Source of the DNA: Gemmatimonadota bacterium
GTDB lineage: Bacteria > Gemmatimonadota > Gemmatimonadetes > Gemmatimonadales > GWC2-71-9
Reading direction: 5' to 3'
Length of the DNA: 64,000 nt
Assembly (NCBI GenBank): GCA_036679605.1
Contig: JAZDCZ010000347.1
Location: 1-64,000, forward strand
This document shows, in pieces, positions 59,099-64,000 of the stretch. Numbering within the stretch: the first letter of the stretch is position 1; the number at the start of each line of letters is the position of its first letter. The notes beneath the pieces are model-generated. The model saw only the letters and a program-made list of their open reading frames with translations, ran no database searches and was not told the DNA's origin. The position numbers were made by a program, and so were the translations under genes.

Positions 59099-60409
59099 AT
59101 GACCCAAGTTCGTGTGCGGTTCGCACCATCGCCAACCGGCTTCTTGCATGTGGGTGGGGCCCGGACCGCCCTGTTCAACTGGCTCTACGCCAGAAAGACC
59201 GGCGGCAAGTTCCTCCTCAGGATAGAGGACACAGATCGGCAGCGATCATCAGACGAGCATGTCCAAGTAATTCTGCAGGGACTCGAGTGGCTGGGCCTGG
59301 ACGTGGACGAAGACATTGTCTTTCAAGGGGCGGGAATCGAACGTCATAGGCAACTCGCAGACCGCCTTCATGCCGAGGGCATGGCCTACGAGGATGATGG
59401 GGCGCTACGGTTCCGCATGCCCACCGACGAGATCGTGTGGGATGACGCAGTTTACGAGCGTATCAGCTTCAAGGGCTCGGACATAGAAGACTGGGTAATC
59501 CTACGGTCCAACAGGACACCTACCTATAACTTCACGGTAGTGGCCGACGACCTGGAGATGGGCATCACTCACGTAATGCGCGGTGACGACCATCTCTCTA
59601 ATACTCCAAAGCAGATCGCCGTATATCGAGCGCTGGGACACGAGCCGCCGGTGTTCGTGCACCTACCAATGATCCACGGTCCCGACGGCAAAAAGATGTC
59701 GAAGCGCCACGGCGCTACCGCAGTTGGTGAGTACCGTGCACTCGGCATCCTACCGCCCGCCATGCGAAACTTCCTAGCGCTGTTGGGCTGGAACCCAGGC
59801 GATGATAAAGAACTGTACTTCACGACCGAGGCGCTGATCGATGCGTTCTCGCTCGAACGCGTTCAGAAGAAGGCCGCGATCTTCGATATGACAAAGCTAG
59901 AGTGGATGAATGGACAGTACATGAGTCAGTCGCCGCCGGAGGACCTTCAACCGCTTATCGAGTCGGGATTGAAGGATCACGGAGTCGATAGTACCACTAT
60001 CGAACGCGCTCGCTTGCTGCGCGCGATCGAGGTGACCGCCGAGCGCGCCCGCACCACGATAGACCTGGCCAAACGCGTCGCGGTGCGGTTCAATCCCGAT
60101 CTTATCGTGCACAAAGACCCCAAGGCCCACAAGCTGATTACAAACGATCCTGACGGATTCCGGATGGCGCTCCGTGCCGCCGCCGAGCGGTTGACCGCAT
60201 TGAGCGATGACCGGTGGGAGCCCACAAAATTGGAGACCGAATTGCGAGCACTTGCGGAGGAGCTGGGATTGGGTGTCGGCAAGGTATTTCAGCCGATCCG
60301 CGTCGCTATTACCGGAGAGACCGTTTCCGAGCCGGTGAATTTTCTATTGGAAGTGGTTGGAAAAGAAGAGAGTCTCAGACGGATGGCGGCGGCACAGGAC
60401 TGGTGCTAG
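59099..60409 (+). CDS. gltX: Glutamyl-tRNA synthetase
   Basis: RFAPSPTGFLHVGG, LRIEDTD, PTYNF, HVMRGDDH, KMSKRHG, LLGW, and an anticodon-binding domain (PIRVAITG). Confidence 0.96.
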   Translation: MTQVRVRFAPSPTGFLHVGGARTALFNWLYARKTGGKFLLRIEDTDRQRSSDEHVQVILQGLEWLGLDVDEDIVFQGAGIERHRQLADRLHAEGMAYEDDGALRFRMPTDEIVWDDAVYERISFKGSDIEDWVILRSNRTPTYNFTVVADDLEMGITHVMRGDDHLSNTPKQIAVYRALGHEPPVFVHLPMIHGPDGKKMSKRHGATAVGEYRALGILPPAMRNFLALLGWNPGDDKELYFTTEALIDAFSLERVQKKAAIFDMTKLEWMNGQYMSQSPPEDLQPLIESGLKDHGVDSTTIERARLLRAIEVTAERARTTIDLAKRVAVRFNPDLIVHKDPKAHKLITNDPDGFRMALRAAAERLTALSDDRWEPTKLETELRALAEELGLGVGKVFQPIRVAITGETVSEPVNFLLEVVGKEESLRRMAAAQDWC

Positions 60410-60449
60410 GTGGGGCTACTGTTGGGCCGCACTGGGATAGCTCCCGCAT

Positions 60450-60839
60450 CTACAAGATCTGCCGTGTCACCATTTTCCTGCGGCACTGGGTACAGTGAAT
60501 TCGGCGCATCGCAACACCCTGCCTGACGATAGCAGGGCCCAGCATAAGATTACCCTCGCATTCCGGACACCAAACCCCCGCTCCGGGATGCGACATCATA
60601 CGCCGTACCAGAGACGCCGCCTCCAAAGAGTATATAGCCTGGGGCGGGCGTCTTCGCTCCGGCGAAGCGCGTCGATCCTGAACATTTCGGCGCTCGGCCA
60701 CCACAGCATGCTGAGCCGTGACTTCACCACCGCGTCGATCTAACGCATGGCGGCGGTCGTCTGAGGATCGGATGTCTCGAATAAACCTGCGCACTGCACG
60801 GCCCTGTAGTTCCTCGAGCAACTCATTCACTGGATGCAA
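60450..60839 (-). CDS. Hypothetical protein with repeated (D/E)RR motifs and a zinc ribbon
   Basis: GGAG RBS; DDRR..DRR..ERR..DRR..ERRR; CPEC...CTQC. Confidence 0.6.
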   Translation of the reverse strand: MHPVNELLEELQGRAVRRFIRDIRSSDDRRHALDRRGGEVTAQHAVVAERRNVQDRRASPERRRPPQAIYSLEAASLVRRMMSHPGAGVWCPECEGNLMLGPAIVRQGVAMRRIHCTQCRRKMVTRQIL

Positions 60840-61098
60840 GATTCACTCCTGTCGTGCCTGCATTTAGCTTGATCCCAAACCCGGTGCGATCGAACGTGGC
60901 TGCATATAGTAACGAAAATACAGGTCCTCCCAATAGCATGTGGCCTGGAGTTGAGATGTTGCCGAGATGAAAAGTGTACTGGAAGCGGCCAGGGCGCCAC
61001 CTATTGGAATTCCTGGATCGGTGTGTGCGTGACGACTGCAGCCATTCCCAGCCTCAGGCCAGGAACGGCGTTCTCAAGTACGCGCCTCTTCGGACTGG

Positions 61099-61590
61099 CT
61101 AGCCCAAAAGGCCGTGATCACGCAGAGATTGCCGTAGAGCAGGGCGGGCACGCCATAGGTAGTAGCCCATGCAGATCGCCGCAATGAGATTTCCGACTGC
61201 TACGTTGGCCCACGCCAATGCGGCCAGCAGAGGAGTGAACATCAGCGCAACTACTCCATTGAACCCGAATTCGAACACGATGAAGAACTCGATCAACAAC
61301 CACAGCGCACCAGGAGATTTCTCAGCCTCGGCGATCATGGCGGAAGCCACAGTGCCAACGAAGAGAAAGACGAGTACGTGCATTGCCGTATACATAGAAA
61401 CAGACTGGAAGCTGATGCTGACCGTTGCGGGGTCGCGAAGCCCAAAGAACACAGCCGACCCCAAAACAGCGGGGGTAAAAAACGGTCGGCCCGCTATCAC
61501 GTCGACAATGAGAAACCAACCCGCCACCGCGCCCGCCCCAATCAGGCCAGCGATGAACCCTTCCCGTACAATACGTTGGCGTGTCAACAT
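61099..61590 (-). CDS. Hypothetical four-TM membrane protein
   Basis: Four hydrophobic segments, PFFTP motif; start overlaps the narK stop. Confidence 0.7.
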   Translation of the reverse strand: MLTRQRIVREGFIAGLIGAGAVAGWFLIVDVIAGRPFFTPAVLGSAVFFGLRDPATVSISFQSVSMYTAMHVLVFLFVGTVASAMIAEAEKSPGALWLLIEFFIVFEFGFNGVVALMFTPLLAALAWANVAVGNLIAAICMGYYLWRARPALRQSLRDHGLLG

Positions 61591-63152
61591 GGGATCTCAG
61601 CTTTCTTCCGAGCGTAGAACCACCAATTCACAGCAAGGCAGGTCACATAGTAGCCGGCGAAGCCGTACAATGCATACTCGGGCGTGCCCGCCGATATCTG
61701 CCCACCGAAAATACGCGGAATCAGAAAGGCGCCATACGCCGCCACCGCCGATGTCCAGCCGAGCACGGGGCCGGCGAATTCCGGCTTGAAGATGATCGGG
61801 ATCATGCGGAAGGTCGACCCGTTACCGATACCGGTGGCTATGAATAGCACTAGGAATAGGAAGAAGAATGGCCACCAATACGCTTCCGGCGTCGCTGTGG
61901 CCCCTGCCGCCTTGACAAAGTAGGCTACGCCAAGCGCCGAAGCAATCATGATCACGGTATCCCAGTGTGTCACACGGGCACCACCGAGCTTGTCCGAAAG
62001 CCACCCTCCCACTGGCCTCACTAGCGACCCAACCAACGGGCCCAACCAGGCATATGCAAGTGGATTCGGTGCGTTGGGATTGAGCGAACCGTCGGGAAGC
62101 GAGCCGAATACATCCTGGATGAGTTTGGGAAACGCCGCCGAGTATCCGATGAAGGATCCAAAGGTCATCGTGTAGAGCCACGTCATGACCCAGTTGTGTT
62201 TCTTGCGAAAAATAACGAACTGGTGAACCAGGTTTTCGCGGACTGGGCCCGGCGTCACATATCGCATCACAAGTAGTGTGACGCAAATGGTTATGGCGAG
62301 CACGGCAAACACCTTCACCAGATCTGGAAGTCCGAATGTTGGGCCTAGCAGCAAGCCGATGCCAACTGCAGCCCCAAACAAACCCAACGTTTCGAGCCAT
62401 AGCATCTTCCCAATGGCGACCGATGCTGGCCCAACTCGATGCATCGGCAGGTTGTTCATGAAGAGAAACGCCAGCACGGAGAACACTGCAAGTGCCGGCA
62501 CCCAGATCAACCCGCTGTTCTGGATCCAGATAGTTGCGCCACCGAGTTCCGCCGGCAACTGGCTACCGTCACCGCTCAGTGCTCCGAACACGGCGAATGT
62601 CATCACCCACGGCAGGAGCACCTGCATCACGCTCACGCCGAGATTCCCAAGGCCGGCGTTCAAACCGAGCGACAGCCCTTGCATCCGTTTCGGAAAGAAA
62701 AAGCTGATATTCGACATTGACGAAGCAAACGCACCTCCGCCGAAGCCACTCAGAGCCGCAAGTAGAGCGAAGATCGTATAACTCGTCTGCGGACTCTGTA
62801 GGGCAACGCCGACGCCGGCTGCAGGCACAATCAGGAGCGCGGTCGTCACCGCAATGACGTTTCGCCCACCTGAGATAGCGATCATGAACGAATTGGGAAT
62901 CCTAAGTGTCGCGCCTACGAGTCCAGCGATGGCGGGAAGCGTATACAGCTGGGTCTTGGAGAAACTGAACCCTAGATTCTCCATTTGTACAATGATGATG
63001 GACCAATAGAGCCAGATCGCAAATGCGAACAGGAGGCACGGTATCGAAATCAAGAGATTTCGAAACGCGATCTTGCTACCGCGGCTCCGCCAGAACTCGT
63101 TCTCCTCTACCTCCCACTCTACGATCGCACCACGGTGCTGTACACCGGACAT
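61584..63152 (-). CDS. narK: NarK/NasA-family nitrate/nitrite MFS transporter
   Basis: WEVEENEFW, GFGGGAFASSMSNISFFFPK, GLGNLG, TFGSFIG, GIGNGSTF. Confidence 0.93.
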   Translation of the reverse strand: MSGVQHRGAIVEWEVEENEFWRSRGSKIAFRNLLISIPCLLFAFAIWLYWSIIIVQMENLGFSFSKTQLYTLPAIAGLVGATLRIPNSFMIAISGGRNVIAVTTALLIVPAAGVGVALQSPQTSYTIFALLAALSGFGGGAFASSMSNISFFFPKRMQGLSLGLNAGLGNLGVSVMQVLLPWVMTFAVFGALSGDGSQLPAELGGATIWIQNSGLIWVPALAVFSVLAFLFMNNLPMHRVGPASVAIGKMLWLETLGLFGAAVGIGLLLGPTFGLPDLVKVFAVLAITICVTLLVMRYVTPGPVRENLVHQFVIFRKKHNWVMTWLYTMTFGSFIGYSAAFPKLIQDVFGSLPDGSLNPNAPNPLAYAWLGPLVGSLVRPVGGWLSDKLGGARVTHWDTVIMIASALGVAYFVKAAGATATPEAYWWPFFFLFLVLFIATGIGNGSTFRMIPIIFKPEFAGPVLGWTSAVAAYGAFLIPRIFGGQISAGTPEYALYGFAGYYVTCLAVNWWFYARKKAEIPC

Positions 63153-63216
63153 CTCGGTCTCCTTAGTTACTTCTGTTGACGACTAGGGTGGAAGCTCATC
63201 GATAACGCCGAGTGAT

Positions 63217-64000
63217 CTAGTTCCTGCTTGCTGCCGTCGCCATGTCATGTACCATGGGTCCATCAGCCTCGATTGCAGTCGCCAGCCCCGGAGCAGCCGC
63301 ATGCAAAATGCGTCGAACGACTACAGTCAGCCAGACGAGGCAGGCAATCGACACGGCGAAAAGAAACATCCAGGTAGTAGTCCACAATCCGAATCCGTCG
63401 AGCATGTAGCCGAAGACGATGGGACACACGAAACCACCGAGGCCACCTAGCACCCCTACAAGACCGCCGACCACACCGACATCATCTGGGAAGAAGTCAG
63501 GGATGTACTTGTAGACAGCCGCCTTCCCGATACCCATAGCGATGCCGATTATGAAGACCAACGCCGTAAAGATCCACACGTTGGCTTGGAAATAAATGTG
63601 CGTGACACCACGAGCAACAAGTTGCTTCTTGCTAACCGGGTCCCCCACATCTACGATCGGTTCCTGCCACGTGGTGATAACGGGAAGGACTAGCGCCTGA
63701 CTCTCGGTGTATGTTTTGAGCGCGTCGCCGTTAGCTTTGAGTGGGTAGTCTCGGTCATCAATCGTAATGACGTCGGCCGACACGTCAGTTACTGTGCCCG
63801 CACGCGCGGCCATCACACCACGTCCCGGTGATTCGATGTCCATTTTCGGAAAGATCAACAGCAGACAACAAACAGCAATGACGGAGAGAACAGAATAAAG
63901 GACTTTCCGGGGCCCAACCAGATCCGACATCCATCCGCCCAGCGCGCGGATGAGACTTGACGGGAGTGAAAAGATGGACGTCATCAACCCGGCCATGATG
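63217..64000 (-). CDS. narK: NarK-family MFS transporter, 5' end outside the window
   Basis: RALGGWMSD, MGIGKAAVYKYIP, GGLGGF; frame is open to the window edge. Confidence 0.82.
   Translation of the reverse strand, partial: IMAGLMTSIFSLPSSLIRALGGWMSDLVGPRKVLYSVLSVIAVCCLLLIFPKMDIESPGRGVMAARAGTVTDVSADVITIDDRDYPLKANGDALKTYTESQALVLPVITTWQEPIVDVGDPVSKKQLVARGVTHIYFQANVWIFTALVFIIGIAMGIGKAAVYKYIPDFFPDDVGVVGGLVGVLGGLGGFVCPIVFGYMLDGFGLWTTTWMFLFAVSIACLVWLTVVVRRILHAAAPGLATAIEADGPMVHDMATAASRN

Noticed and set aside
60840..61098. tRNA or structured RNA near gltX
   Set aside because: No cloverleaf, T-loop motif or convincing stem found by eye.

Overview
A GC-rich bacterial chromosomal window, probably Gemmatimonadota (inferred from the 'ALADRYxIE'-starting Hanks kinases with PD40 propellers and the carboxypeptidase-regulatory-like secreted proteins). 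It has about 41 protein genes; I saw no rRNA, tRNA or CRISPR array. From left to right: a decayed integron-integrase C-terminal remnant; a kinase-sixA-pcm-membrane methyltransferase cluster; an Sdh1-like succinate dehydrogenase operon whose membrane anchor is frameshifted; a TonB-dependent receptor operon with two OB-fold lipoproteins, facing a ComEC-type metallo-beta-lactamase lipoprotein; radical SAM, hybrid kinase, CsgG-like, amidohydrolase and Nramp genes; a HEAT-GT2-TPR/beta-barrel polysaccharide module next to yajQ; more kinases and secreted proteins; a gatE-gatD-glnS operon divergent from gltX; and two NarK transporters. The two strongest candidates for an undescribed system are (1) the archaeal-type GatDE amidotransferase coupled to a bacterial GlnRS and next to GluRS, and (2) the putative extracellular nucleic-acid capture and uptake locus (TBDR, OB-fold lipoproteins, ComEC-like nuclease). 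All assignments come from reading motifs by eye; no searches were run.
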